From a virus (taxonomy: Duplodnaviria; Caudoviricetes), in the IMG/VR virus record IMGVR_UViG_3300011417_000010, positions 1-62,568 of that record: a stretch of 62,568 nt of DNA; one strand, written 5' to 3'. The notes under the pieces were generated by a model, which was not told the origin of the DNA, did no database searches, and was given only the letters and a program-made list of their open reading frames with translations. The translations under genes were made by a program, and so were the position numbers. This document shows positions 44,173 through 54,096 of this stretch, piece by piece (positions within the stretch are counted from its first letter, which is position 1; every line of letters starts with the position of its first letter).

Positions 44173-44664
44173 GTGAAGGTTATATTCCTAGACGTCGACG
44201 GCGTGCTCAACCAGAGCAGGCCGATCGGCGACGACTACGAGTTCTACTTGCCGAACTGGGTGCTTCCCAAGGCCATGGAGCACCTGAACATCATCATCGA
44301 GCAGACGGGCGCGAAGGTCGTTGTTTCCTCTACCTGGCGCATCGGCAAGAAGGTCGTCGAGCTGCGTGAGATGTTCGCCGAGGCCGGGCTCAAGGGCGAC
44401 ATCATCGACAAGACAGACCAGCTGGGCTGCGCGGCGCATGACCCGTTGCCGTGCCACGCTGCACACCGTGGCTCCGAGATCGCCGACTGGCTCCGCCAGC
44501 GCGAGGAGGACCGTGGCGATGTCGAGAGCTTCATTATCCTCGACGACGACTCCGACATGCACCCACACAAGGACCGTCACGTCCACACCGATTTGTACCG
44601 CGGCCTCACTCGCCGGAAGCGCGACGAGGCGATCAAGATGCTGGGAAGGAACAAAACCGCATGA
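44173..44664 (+). CDS. HAD phosphatase (Swiss-Army-knife RNA-repair-like)
   Basis: FLDVDGVLN, VVSSTWR, RGSEI..W, IILDDD. Confidence 0.85.
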   Translation: MKVIFLDVDGVLNQSRPIGDDYEFYLPNWVLPKAMEHLNIIIEQTGAKVVVSSTWRIGKKVVELREMFAEAGLKGDIIDKTDQLGCAAHDPLPCHAAHRGSEIADWLRQREEDRGDVESFIILDDDSDMHPHKDRHVHTDLYRGLTRRKRDEAIKMLGRNKTA

Positions 44665-44999
44665 AGACGCCGGTTGTGGAGAAGGTTTTCAAGATCAAGA
44701 TGACCACTGAGGTCGCCGCCTACACCAAGGGGAAGGATGTGGTCGGGCTCATCATCCCGCTCATCTTCGCCTCGGGAGACCGCCTCTGGATGGTCGAGTT
44801 CAACGGAGCGCCAACTGGCCGCGCGGATCTCTGCACCGTCATTGGCACGAGTGGCAATCTACTGCTCCTCGACAGGAGATTCTGCTGGCAGCAGGGGAAA
44901 TTCGACGACAACCTCGACGAGTTGTCCTTGACGGTTCTGCCCGATGCGTTTAAGATTCTAGACGGATCGGCCATCCCGGCCAAGGAGGAAAAGAAATGA
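44661..44999 (+). CDS. Hypothetical protein
   Basis: ATGA coupling at both ends. Confidence 0.55.
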   Translation: MKTPVVEKVFKIKMTTEVAAYTKGKDVVGLIIPLIFASGDRLWMVEFNGAPTGRADLCTVIGTSGNLLLLDRRFCWQQGKFDDNLDELSLTVLPDAFKILDGSAIPAKEEKK

Positions 45000-45184
45000 A
45001 CGAGAAGATTCATGAGAAGGTGGGCGAGAAGGTCGCCAAGCGCGTCTTCGATGACGCGAAGGAAGCGACCAAGAAGGCGCTCGACAACGTGCGCGAGGAC
45101 CTGACCGGACGCGGCTTCCGTAAGGAGGACGTCGATCCGTTCATCCGTCAGGGCGCGAGGGAGGCTGCCGACAACCACCGCTAG
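44996..45184 (+). CDS. Hypothetical protein
   Basis: AAGGAGG RBS. Confidence 0.55.
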   Translation: MNEKIHEKVGEKVAKRVFDDAKEATKKALDNVREDLTGRGFRKEDVDPFIRQGAREAADNHR

Positions 45185-45194
45185 ATCGTTTTCT

Positions 45195-45600
45195 GGGCCT
45201 GAACCGGTATCGACTGGTGAACAAGGAACTGAGACGCGTGCCGAGGTTGGTCATCAGGCCTCGTAAAAAGAAGACCAAAACACAAAAGCGAAGAACGATG
45301 AGTTCGACGTCCCGTTCGACCTGGTGGTCGCGGCGGGTTTCGGTGGTGGTCCCAGCGCTCGCGCTTGGAACTAACCATTGAAGATCGGCGAGTAGAGGTC
45401 CCAGGTACCTCGTCGATTCAAAACTAGGGAACGTCTAGTCGGAGCGAATCTGGCTTGTTCTTGGACGTAAACCAAGTGGTGGAGGGCGCCGGAAACGGAT
45501 CGTGGAGGTTCTCGACCTCCCGCCCCCGAAATCGAGAAACGCACGTATAAAGCTTGGTTACGAAGTCGCTAGGACCGCGGTTCGACTCCGCGCAGGTCCA
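45195..45600 (+). ncRNA. ssrA: tmRNA
   Basis: 5' GGGCCTG..GGTATCGAC pairs with 3' GGAC-CGCGG-TTCGACT-CCGCG-CAGGTCC-A, giving the G3:U70 Ala identity pair; internal tag frame 45288-45374 starts GCG after an A-rich stretch. Confidence 0.88.
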
Positions 45601-45653
45601 CTTAGTTTTACTGTAGCACTTAGATTCGCTAGATAATAACTTAAGGAGTACGC

Positions 45654-46076
45654 ATGTCTCAGAGAGAGTCCGTCCCGAACACCGAGGACTTCATCGTCCG
45701 CGTCGTCGGTGATACCACGGGTACCGAGTGGACCGGCAAGTTCACGACCAAGAAGCGCTTGTCCTTCAACGACCAGCTCCGTCGCGACCAGGCTCGCCGG
45801 CAGATGTTGGGTGACGCTCCTGGCAAGCCCAGCGAGCGCGCTGAGTCGATGGCGCTGATCTTCTCCGAGCTTCTGGTCCGTCTGACCACCGCCCCGAGCT
45901 GGTGGACCGACAACGACGAGGGGCGCACCCTGGAAGACGAGAACGCGGTCGTCGAGGTGTACGAGAAGGCCCTGGGCGTCGAGCGCAAGGCTCTCGAAGA
46001 GGTTCGGAAGAGGGCCGACAAGGCCAAGGAAGACCTCAAAGAGGTCGCCGTCGTCGACGAAGTCTCGATCAAGTAA
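45654..46076 (+). CDS. Putative tail assembly chaperone
   Basis: Upstream of the tape measure; TAPSWW motif; AAGGAG RBS; AGATTCGCTA at 45622-45631. Confidence 0.6.
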   Translation: MSQRESVPNTEDFIVRVVGDTTGTEWTGKFTTKKRLSFNDQLRRDQARRQMLGDAPGKPSERAESMALIFSELLVRLTTAPSWWTDNDEGRTLEDENAVVEVYEKALGVERKALEEVRKRADKAKEDLKEVAVVDEVSIK

Positions 46077-46101
46077 CCCGCCCGCGGCGTGAGACGCCGA
46101 C

Positions 46102-46629
46102 ATGGGATACTCAGAGATCGAGGCCATTGCGCTTCGCGACGTCTACCTAGACAGGCTGAAGCAGCCGGGAGTCTCACCAGACTTCCACCTACGGAGGATC
46201 TTCCGCGAGTACTCGCAGAAGTTTCATACTCCGCTGCACGTAGTGCACGAGCTGCCGCTGGAGTTCGTGTTCCAGGCGTGGCTGGAGGAGTACTACGAGG
46301 CGCAGGAGGTTGCTGACCTCCGTGCCGAGGTCGTGAGCATGACCAAGGACCCTGCCGTCCTCGCCGAGGAGCGCAGGGTCGAGGACGCCCGTGATGCCGA
46401 CACACACCTTTTCATCGAGGAGGAGCGCAAGCTCCAGGAGAGCATGAAGAAGATGGAGGAGGTCCTGCAGAAGTTCAAGCAGGTGGCAGCCCCTCTCGTC
46501 CCCCGCGATCGAGACGCGGAGCTGGTCATGTCCCCGGCCCCCAAGCCGGTGGAGCAGATCACTATGAAGTTCGAGGACGTGGACTTCGACGCCGACTCGT
46601 TCGGGCCCTTCGAGCCGCCTTCTAAGTAG
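46102..46629 (+). CDS. Putative second tail assembly chaperone
   Basis: Acidic helical protein between the chaperone and tape measure genes. Confidence 0.5.
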   Translation: MGYSEIEAIALRDVYLDRLKQPGVSPDFHLRRIFREYSQKFHTPLHVVHELPLEFVFQAWLEEYYEAQEVADLRAEVVSMTKDPAVLAEERRVEDARDADTHLFIEEERKLQESMKKMEEVLQKFKQVAAPLVPRDRDAELVMSPAPKPVEQITMKFEDVDFDADSFGPFEPPSK

Positions 46630-46660
46630 GCGCTTTCGCCCGCAATCTTAGGGGTAACCC

Positions 46661-49300
46661 ATGGCCGGCGCGGCAGACAAAACCATCAAGGTAACAATCG
46701 TCGTCGATCAGGCGGCGGCGGACAAGGCCAAGCGCGCGATCCTGGAGATCAAGCAGCAGGTCGACGCCCTCGTCAAGTCGACCCAGCAGCTCGGCAACTT
46801 CCTCGGGTCGGGCTTCACGAAGGTCGGGGCTCAGGCGTCGCAGCCTGGCACCAGCTCGATGACCCAGGTCACTCAGTCACGCGCGGGCGGTGGCGGAGCC
46901 CTGGGTGGAGTGACTCAGGCCCTCGCGGGTGGAGCCACTGCGAGCGCCGCAGCGATCAGGACCAGCACTCAGGCTGCGATGGAGAGCTACGACAAGCAGA
47001 AGCAGGGCTTGAAGAGCTTGGTGGCTGCGCAGCAGCAAGACGTCCAGCGCCTGGAGGGAATGTGGAAGCGTGCTGCCGACTCGATCGGTGGCCACATGCG
47101 TCGCATCTTCGCCGGCAAGGGTGGCGGCGGTGCGGCCGGAGCGACGGGTGGTGGCGCCCCCGGCGTGAGCAGCCCACCGACCGAGACCAGCGGTGGGGGC
47201 AGGGGCGGCAAGGGGCCACCCACGTTCGGGCAGGCCCTCCCGGGTGGCAACAACGGTTTCCTCTCTCAGATCGCCGGTCAGTTCGGCGTTCCCACCGGCA
47301 TGATCGGGATGGGCGGTGCGGTCCTCGGCGGAGCTAAGCTCGCGGGTGTAGCGATCGGTGCGTCTTACGGGAACGAGCACGCGAACGCGAAGCTCGACAT
47401 GGAGCGCAACTTCTTCGGCGTCGAGGCTCGCGGACGCATCGGCCAAACGCTGGGCCAGAACTCCCTCGCCATCCGCCACGGCGACATGGCCCGCGCGTAC
47501 GCGCTGCAGACGCTCTCCAGTGATAAGAATTTTCAGGCTATGTCGGGCGACCGGATGCTGATGCGTCGCGAGCAGATGTTGCGCCTGGAGAACGCTTCGA
47601 CGCTCGGTGAGCACATCTCGAAGGAGGGTGTTTTCAGCGGTACTTGGAACACTGCCAAGAACTGGCTCGGCAAGAAGCTCGGCAGCGACCTCGCGGGTAC
47701 GCAGATCGAGGGCGCGGGTGGTGGCGTCCTCAGTAGGCTCGCTGGTAAGGCCAGGGGTGTTGCTGCGAGGTTGGGTGCTCCGGTTGGTGGTGTGTTCGGT
47801 GGGGGCGGAGCTGGGCCGGGAACCGCGAACGTTGCTGGGGACGAGGCGCAGCAGGAGTTGGCTCGTGGTCGCGCGCTGGCGCAAGCTGCGGAAGATCGTC
47901 AACGTTACCTCGAAGCGGACATCGCCTCGCGCCCTGGGTTCAACGACCGTATTAACTCCGTTTACAACCGCGCGACCGGCGACTCGCAGCTCTACCGCGC
48001 GCTCGGCATGTCGGGTCGAGATATCGTACGCAAGCTCGCTGACGGGACCACCGAGCGCATGAACGCCGCGACCGAGATCCGCTCGCGCGCGGCAGCCCGC
48101 GGCTACACCGAGGGTGACTTCGCCTCGGCTGCCGGACAGCTCACGCAGTTCGGCCGCGGGTACCTCGGGCACTACGGCTCCGTCCTCAGTCCTCAGGCGG
48201 GGGGCTTGACGAACGCAGCCGAGATCATGGGCATGAGCGGCCAGTTCGGCAAGTTCGGCGGCCTCATGGGTTCGGCGAAGAGCGGCAAGGGCATCCAGAG
48301 CATGATCGGTCGCGGTGGTCTCGACATCACCGCTGGCGTGCACATGTCAGGCATGGGCTTGCAGTCCATGCGCGGCAACTTCCTCGGCGGTATGTCCGGT
48401 CAGGGTGGCAGCGGCCTGATGGAGACCTTGATGACGGCCGCGTACAGCGGTGGCGGTACTGGCGCCGACATGTACCAGTCCGGCATGGTCCAGGCCGGCA
48501 TGGGTCGTCGCCAAGCTGAGGCCGGTGGTGGAGTCGACCAGCTGAACAAAGCCCTCAACATCAACGCCGCGATGAAGGCGGCTCCGCAAGCTCCGTGGGC
48601 CGTTCGTAACATGCTGCTGGGTATGGACGAGACCCAGCTGATGGACATCGTCAAGGGCGGCGCGAAGATGATGCCGCAGGCCCTGCTTGACAACGGCATC
48701 AGTTTCGAGATGGTGCGCGACTACTGGCAGGCGAAGAACGCGACGAGTTTCGCGCGCTTCGGCCGCACTAACGAGTACGGCACCGCTGGTCAGCGCTCGG
48801 CCGTCGACCAGTACACGAAGGCCGGAGGCCTGGGCTTCTTGAAAGGGAAGTCGCCGAAGGAGGTCAGCAAGATCCTCAATGAGCTGGCTGGTGCTCGCGC
48901 GGGAGCGGGTGGTTCGTTCAAGGAGCACCGTGGGGCGCTGGAGCTAGAGCTGTCGGCTGCGGGCCTCAAGGCGAAGCCCAAGGGTGGGGGTGCTGGTCAT
49001 GCAGTCAGAGGTATCACCGAACAGGCGAACAAGGCGCACGGGCGCATCGAGCACGAGGTTGGCAAGAAGGAAGCGTCCGAGTCTGGCGTGTACGGCAAGA
49101 CCTTCGACAAAGCTCACGACACCTCCGACGAGGAGCAGAAGGCTGCGGACGCAGCCCAGAAGGGACTCGCGTCCGGCTCGAACATGGGCCAGGCAGTCAT
49201 GGACGTCAGCAAGGCGTTGAACAACTTCGTCACGGTGCTGCAGAACGTGGTCAAGGGCGCTGGCAGTGGCAAGCCCGGTCCCGTGGGTAAGTCGCGCTAA
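46661..49300 (+). CDS. Tape measure protein
   Basis: 879 aa, G/A-rich and helical; positioned before the hub; AATCTT upstream. Confidence 0.7.
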   Translation: MAGAADKTIKVTIVVDQAAADKAKRAILEIKQQVDALVKSTQQLGNFLGSGFTKVGAQASQPGTSSMTQVTQSRAGGGGALGGVTQALAGGATASAAAIRTSTQAAMESYDKQKQGLKSLVAAQQQDVQRLEGMWKRAADSIGGHMRRIFAGKGGGGAAGATGGGAPGVSSPPTETSGGGRGGKGPPTFGQALPGGNNGFLSQIAGQFGVPTGMIGMGGAVLGGAKLAGVAIGASYGNEHANAKLDMERNFFGVEARGRIGQTLGQNSLAIRHGDMARAYALQTLSSDKNFQAMSGDRMLMRREQMLRLENASTLGEHISKEGVFSGTWNTAKNWLGKKLGSDLAGTQIEGAGGGVLSRLAGKARGVAARLGAPVGGVFGGGGAGPGTANVAGDEAQQELARGRALAQAAEDRQRYLEADIASRPGFNDRINSVYNRATGDSQLYRALGMSGRDIVRKLADGTTERMNAATEIRSRAAARGYTEGDFASAAGQLTQFGRGYLGHYGSVLSPQAGGLTNAAEIMGMSGQFGKFGGLMGSAKSGKGIQSMIGRGGLDITAGVHMSGMGLQSMRGNFLGGMSGQGGSGLMETLMTAAYSGGGTGADMYQSGMVQAGMGRRQAEAGGGVDQLNKALNINAAMKAAPQAPWAVRNMLLGMDETQLMDIVKGGAKMMPQALLDNGISFEMVRDYWQAKNATSFARFGRTNEYGTAGQRSAVDQYTKAGGLGFLKGKSPKEVSKILNELAGARAGAGGSFKEHRGALELELSAAGLKAKPKGGGAGHAVRGITEQANKAHGRIEHEVGKKEASESGVYGKTFDKAHDTSDEEQKAADAAQKGLASGSNMGQAVMDVSKALNNFVTVLQNVVKGAGSGKPGPVGKSR

Positions 49301-51393
49301 TGCCTCGCTGTGGAGTCTACTCGCTCGCGCGAGACTATCACCCGGTCTCCGTCGACCCCAACGACGAGACGTCTCAGCCAGACCCGCGCGACAACGTCTA
49401 TGCGATGGACCCATACTGGGCCATCGCTGTCATCCGCCTCGGTGAGCCGCTGAGCTTCAACCGCAAGACGATGTCGTCGGACAGCAACGACCTCACTGGC
49501 GGCGCACTTCTGCGCGCGAAGACCCCGCTCGTTATCACCAGCGACTGCTTCCGCATCTCGGTGTCGAACCACAAGTCCAACCACATGAAGAAGCTGTCGT
49601 TCACGCTTCACGCAACGAACGTGAACTACTTCATTGAGGTCTTGCCCGACGATTGGGTCTTTGCGTGGATGATGAACAACCGCGAGGACTACCTGCGGGT
49701 GGTCAACAACATCGACCAGATCTCTATGAACCCGAGCACCGAACTCTCGGTCAACGACTTCAACGACGGCCTGAAGTTCGTCGGTCGCGTCGACGACGTG
49801 TTCAAGGACACCTCGGTGGTGGACCCAGACAGGGGCACCAAGGCCTCCGTGTACAACATCAGCTGCACCGGCTTCCGCGAGCTGGACACGCAGATGTTCT
49901 ACGACCCCGCGCTCGCTACGAGCGACGCCCAGGGCGGCAACTTCGGCTGGATGGCTCGCTTCGGCGTCTCTACCGACGCGCTCTTCGGCAGCGACGCTGC
50001 CAGGGGTGTGAAGGAGAATAACATCAACCAGATCATCCCCACCCTGCTGGACCTGATCGTCGGTCACGGCCCTCCGGCCTCGTCCAACATCTCGGTCGGG
50101 AAGCTCGACCAGAACCCCCAAGCTGGGGCTCGTGCTCGCGCGAGCAACGACCCTGGGTTCTCGTACCTGGTGCCGGTCAGCGTAGCTAACATCCTCAAGA
50201 AGAGTCAGTCCAGCAAGGGCGTGACGTCCTACGCCGACATCATGGAGCTTTGGACCGGCGTCCAGAGTTACGAGTCGAAGAGTGGGAAGACGATGTTCAC
50301 GCCGACGTTCAAGGGGAGCGATCAGCAGAACCGGAAGATCACCTCGGCTGGAGAGCTACTGGGCACCTTCCTGCCGTTCACGCTGGACTTCGCGAACCGA
50401 CCGCTGTGGAGCATCTTCCAGCAGTACGTGAATCCGGCCATCAACGAGCTGTACACCGCGCTCAAGGTGAACGATCAGGGTCGCATTGTCCCGACGGTCG
50501 TGTTCCGCCAGATCCCATTTACGACCGACGCGCTCATGCTACCGACCGACTCCAAGGAGACGGGCCAGTTCGGGCCTCTCCAGCCTGGCGCCGCGGACGA
50601 GTTCGTCAAGCCTGAAAACTCGGCGGTCAAGGTCACCAAGTTCCTCGACCTGCCCCGCTGGCACATCCCGGCCGCGATCGTGAAGCGCGCTCACGTCGGA
50701 CGCAGCAACGCGACCCGCACGAACTTCGTCCACGTCTACGGTTCCACCACCTACACGCAGAACGGTGGCATCCCGATCCAGTACCAGATGCTGACGAACC
50801 CGCCCGTGCGCGACGACGTCGACATCTTCCGCTCTGGCATTCGCTCGTACATGACCACCGTGGACTGCTGGGTCGACGACACCGTCGGCAAGGCTCCCGG
50901 CAAGTGGATGGCCCTAATTGCTGACTGGATGATGGGCTCGCACCTCACCTTCAGCGGCACCATCGACTGCTTCGGCATCCAGGCGCCGATCGCGGAGGGC
51001 GATAATGTGTCGTTCGACGGCGTCGTCTACCACGTCATGGGTGTCGACCACCACGCCAGCATTGATCCGGGCGGCAACAAGACCTGGGGCACCACGCTGC
51101 AGGTCACGAACGGCATGCGCGACATCAGCAACACCATCGAGCCGGCGTTCACCAAGAAGGACGTCCGCGGCGGGGCCCAGCCGATCTATCCGGGCATCAA
51201 CGTCCGTGACAATTCATTCCTCGACCCCGGTCTCACGGTGGAGCACGAGGGCACGACTGGCGACAGCACCTCGTGGGGTGACGACCCCAAGGAACTCCCG
51301 ACGGAGTCGCCGCTGGACCCCAGCGATGGTTCCGACCCCGGTCCAAGCAGCCAGTACCGCACGTCGAACAACGGCACGACCCCGACTCGCTAA
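49300..51393 (+). CDS. Baseplate hub protein
   Basis: Follows the tape measure; C-terminal FSGTIDCFG..GDNV..YHVMGVDH..TTLQVTNG pattern. Confidence 0.65.
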   Translation: MPRCGVYSLARDYHPVSVDPNDETSQPDPRDNVYAMDPYWAIAVIRLGEPLSFNRKTMSSDSNDLTGGALLRAKTPLVITSDCFRISVSNHKSNHMKKLSFTLHATNVNYFIEVLPDDWVFAWMMNNREDYLRVVNNIDQISMNPSTELSVNDFNDGLKFVGRVDDVFKDTSVVDPDRGTKASVYNISCTGFRELDTQMFYDPALATSDAQGGNFGWMARFGVSTDALFGSDAARGVKENNINQIIPTLLDLIVGHGPPASSNISVGKLDQNPQAGARARASNDPGFSYLVPVSVANILKKSQSSKGVTSYADIMELWTGVQSYESKSGKTMFTPTFKGSDQQNRKITSAGELLGTFLPFTLDFANRPLWSIFQQYVNPAINELYTALKVNDQGRIVPTVVFRQIPFTTDALMLPTDSKETGQFGPLQPGAADEFVKPENSAVKVTKFLDLPRWHIPAAIVKRAHVGRSNATRTNFVHVYGSTTYTQNGGIPIQYQMLTNPPVRDDVDIFRSGIRSYMTTVDCWVDDTVGKAPGKWMALIADWMMGSHLTFSGTIDCFGIQAPIAEGDNVSFDGVVYHVMGVDHHASIDPGGNKTWGTTLQVTNGMRDISNTIEPAFTKKDVRGGAQPIYPGINVRDNSFLDPGLTVEHEGTTGDSTSWGDDPKELPTESPLDPSDGSDPGPSSQYRTSNNGTTPTR

Positions 51394-51402
51394 GGAACGC
51401 AC

Positions 51403-52302
51403 ATGGGTCTCAACGTACTTCCAGGTCACGCCGAGGGTGGCTACATGCCCGACACCGGGCTGTCGGGGAACTACGCCCTCCGCATCGGCGAGGTGCAGAA
51501 CATCTACTACCCGCAGGACAAGGAGAACGTATCGAAGCTGTTCATCGAGTACCAGGTCCTCGTCCAGCACCGCGCGAACGGCACGGCCGTCACGAAGATG
51601 TACGACCACTGCCTCGCGATCGACCACCTCGCTGGCGTGGCGGACTTCTCGTACTCCACCTTCCGCGCTGACAACGCCGCGACCAGGGTCGAGGGTAAGT
51701 TCCGCAAGCCCGGCCTCGGCGCGCGCGTGATCATGTTGTGCATCAACGGCGAGTCGCAGAGCGCCGTCATCCTCGGCGGCATCCGCAACCCGATGATCGG
51801 CGCGAAGGACCAGAAGGACCTGGGCCACCATCACCACTCCTCGTTCAACGGCGTCGACGTCAACGTCAACAGGGACGGCGAGTTCACGCTCACGCGTGGC
51901 GGGGCCAACAAGCTTGACGGCAAGCTCGCCGACGGGGTCAACGAGGACTCGACCGGCACGTTCGTCACCTTCGACAAGGAGGGGAACGTCACCCTCTCCG
52001 ACAAGAACGGGGAGAACAAGATCTTCCTCGACCACGTGAACGGCAAGATGCAGGTGTTCACAAAGACGGAGATCGACCTCAAGTCGCCGAAGGTCCGCCT
52101 CGGTGACACCGAGACGACGGACCCGGCAGTCGGCGGCAACGAGCTGAAGCAGGTCTTGTCGGACCTGATCGACGCCATCATGGCCGAGACTCACCCCACC
52201 GCGGTTGGGCCCTCGGGCCCTCCCATCAACACCCCCCAGTTCACCAAGATCAAGGCCACGCTCCAGCAGATCTTGTCCAAGGTCGTGTTCGTGAAGATGT
52301 AA
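51403..52302 (+). CDS. Baseplate central spike protein
   Basis: OB-fold PGLGARVIMLCING..VILGG, beta-repeat, C-terminal THPTAVGPSGPP. Confidence 0.7.
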   Translation: MGLNVLPGHAEGGYMPDTGLSGNYALRIGEVQNIYYPQDKENVSKLFIEYQVLVQHRANGTAVTKMYDHCLAIDHLAGVADFSYSTFRADNAATRVEGKFRKPGLGARVIMLCINGESQSAVILGGIRNPMIGAKDQKDLGHHHHSSFNGVDVNVNRDGEFTLTRGGANKLDGKLADGVNEDSTGTFVTFDKEGNVTLSDKNGENKIFLDHVNGKMQVFTKTEIDLKSPKVRLGDTETTDPAVGGNELKQVLSDLIDAIMAETHPTAVGPSGPPINTPQFTKIKATLQQILSKVVFVKM

Positions 52303-52303
52303 C

Positions 52304-52846
52304 ATGGCCCTGAATCCAGCAAAGCTCAAGCAGGGGCTGGTCGATGTCAACGGTAGCGGCAAGAACTTCCCCAAGACCCCCTTGGAGGCCGCCAAGCGCT
52401 GGGCTCGTGCCTACGCCAGTTACGCCGCCGACGCCATGTCCCTCGGTGGTGCCGCTCCCGTCCCACTGACGCCGAACGAGGCGTCCCTGGCTGCGGCCCT
52501 GACGGTGGTGTTCTCCAACCCGAACAGCTTGCCGCCCCAGACCGCACAGGTATACGCGGCGGCGTTCACTGCGTTCTGGTTCTCGCCGCCAGTGGCCTTC
52601 CCGCTCACGCCCGTCGGTACACCCCTGCCACCACCTGTCCTGCCCGGGATCGTGACCGTGGTGGGTGGCTCGGCTGCCCTACCCGGGCTCCTCCTGGCCG
52701 CGTGGGCGTCGAACTTCGCCGCCCGAGCCCCCGACAGTGTGGCGATGACGAAGCTGGCCTCGGTCTTGGACACGTTCACACGCACGGTAATCGTGACGCA
52801 CCTGATCTCCGTCCCCGGCCCTCCCATCGTTGGCCCCATCAGCTGA
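52304..52846 (+). CDS. Baseplate-associated helical protein
   Basis: Directly after the spike; similar to the C-terminal domain of 54766..56895. Confidence 0.55.
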   Translation: MALNPAKLKQGLVDVNGSGKNFPKTPLEAAKRWARAYASYAADAMSLGGAAPVPLTPNEASLAAALTVVFSNPNSLPPQTAQVYAAAFTAFWFSPPVAFPLTPVGTPLPPPVLPGIVTVVGGSAALPGLLLAAWASNFAARAPDSVAMTKLASVLDTFTRTVIVTHLISVPGPPIVGPIS

Positions 52847-52863
52847 ACCATAATCTTTACCCC

Positions 52864-53241
52864 ATGATCGACACGATCTTGGGCCTCATGGAGGAGAAAG
52901 ACCTCGTCTGCGAGACGGTAGCTTTCGACGGGCCGGACTACTACGCGTTTGAGCGTCAGTATCGTGTGGCGGGACAGGGCGAGGTCGTCGCCCGCTACCA
53001 CGACGTCAAGTGGCAGAAGAAGAACGATTTCCTCGAATCGCCTGCCGTCGTCCTCACCTCCCGCGGCGAGATGTCGCTCGAAAAGCTGGAGAAGAAGACC
53101 GGCGTTAACGACGATGCTCGGGAGTACAGCTGCTGGGTGGAGTATCGCCCGGTAGGCGAGGAGGAGATCGTTCATCGCTCGGCCCACACGCGGCTCAAGG
53201 TTGTTCCACCCCCCGTTCTCTGCACCCCAGGACACTTCTAA
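52864..53241 (+). CDS. Hypothetical late protein
   Basis: AATCTT 6 nt upstream of ATG. Confidence 0.55.
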   Translation: MIDTILGLMEEKDLVCETVAFDGPDYYAFERQYRVAGQGEVVARYHDVKWQKKNDFLESPAVVLTSRGEMSLEKLEKKTGVNDDAREYSCWVEYRPVGEEEIVHRSAHTRLKVVPPPVLCTPGHF

Positions 53242-53696
53242 TGGCAAACACGCAAGCAATCTGCACCTCTTTCAAGACGGAGTTGCTCAACGGCATCCAC
53301 GCCTTCGGCACCACCGTCGTTCGCGGCGCGACCACGAAGGACTCCTTCAAGGCTGCGCTCTTCCTGGCTTCCGCCACGAAGAACTCCACCACTACCGTGT
53401 ACGACACGACTGGTGAGGTCACGGGTACGGGCTATACGGCAGGCGGCATCGCTGTCACGAACGGCAACGCCCCGTCCGCGACCGGCACGACTGCGTTCTG
53501 GACTCCGAGCGCTTCGCTGGTGTTCTCGGCCGTCACGCTGACGACCGCTTTCGACGCCGTCCTGCTTTACAACAGTACGCAGGGCGACAAGGCCGTCAGC
53601 GTTCACACGTTCGGTGCGCAGACGATCACCGCTGGCACGTTCACACTGACGATGCCGACGAACGACTCGTCCAACGCGCTCATTCGCATCGCGTAG
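53241..53696 (+). CDS. Virion structural protein (fibre/baseplate accessory)
   Basis: SFKTELL..FKAALF..EVTGTGYTAGG..AVLLYN pattern common in phage structural proteins. Confidence 0.65.
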   Translation: MANTQAICTSFKTELLNGIHAFGTTVVRGATTKDSFKAALFLASATKNSTTTVYDTTGEVTGTGYTAGGIAVTNGNAPSATGTTAFWTPSASLVFSAVTLTTAFDAVLLYNSTQGDKAVSVHTFGAQTITAGTFTLTMPTNDSSNALIRIA

Positions 53697-53698
53697 TC

Positions 53699-54085
53699 AT
53701 GGGCGCTCAAGGTACCGCGATCCTCGACTTCGGAGCGTTCCCAGGCGCGTCGCACGCGACGGTAGCGGTTACTGGGCAGTCCGGGATCGTCTCGGGGTCA
53801 CTTGTCGAGGCGTGGCTCAGGCCGGTGGCGACCGCCGACCATACCGCGGACGAGCACATGGTCGAGACGCTCAAGGTGTTCGCGCACAGCATCGTTGCAG
53901 GCAACGGCTTCTCGATCGACGGCTTCAATACCAGCCAGCTCAACGAACCGCTCGCGCCCGTCAAGGGCGCGACCGGCACGCTGGCCGGTGGGCTCTCGGC
54001 CCCGCAGGGCGACCAGCAACCAACGGCCGGCGGGATGGGGACGAGGATCTGGGGCGCCTGGACGATCGCGTGGGTTTGGAACTAA
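53699..54085 (+). CDS. Virion structural protein
   Basis: Operonic; small and beta-rich. Confidence 0.55.
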   Translation: MGAQGTAILDFGAFPGASHATVAVTGQSGIVSGSLVEAWLRPVATADHTADEHMVETLKVFAHSIVAGNGFSIDGFNTSQLNEPLAPVKGATGTLAGGLSAPQGDQQPTAGGMGTRIWGAWTIAWVWN

Positions 54086-54096
54086 GGAGATAAGCG

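Noticed and set aside
45443-45451. Partial reverse AGATTCGCT inside the tmRNA
   Set aside because: Lacks the final A and the A/T-rich tail, and has no credible downstream gene.
45654-46629. Programmed frameshift between the tail chaperone genes
   Set aside because: No clear slippery heptamer near the first stop, and the second ORF has its own ATG.
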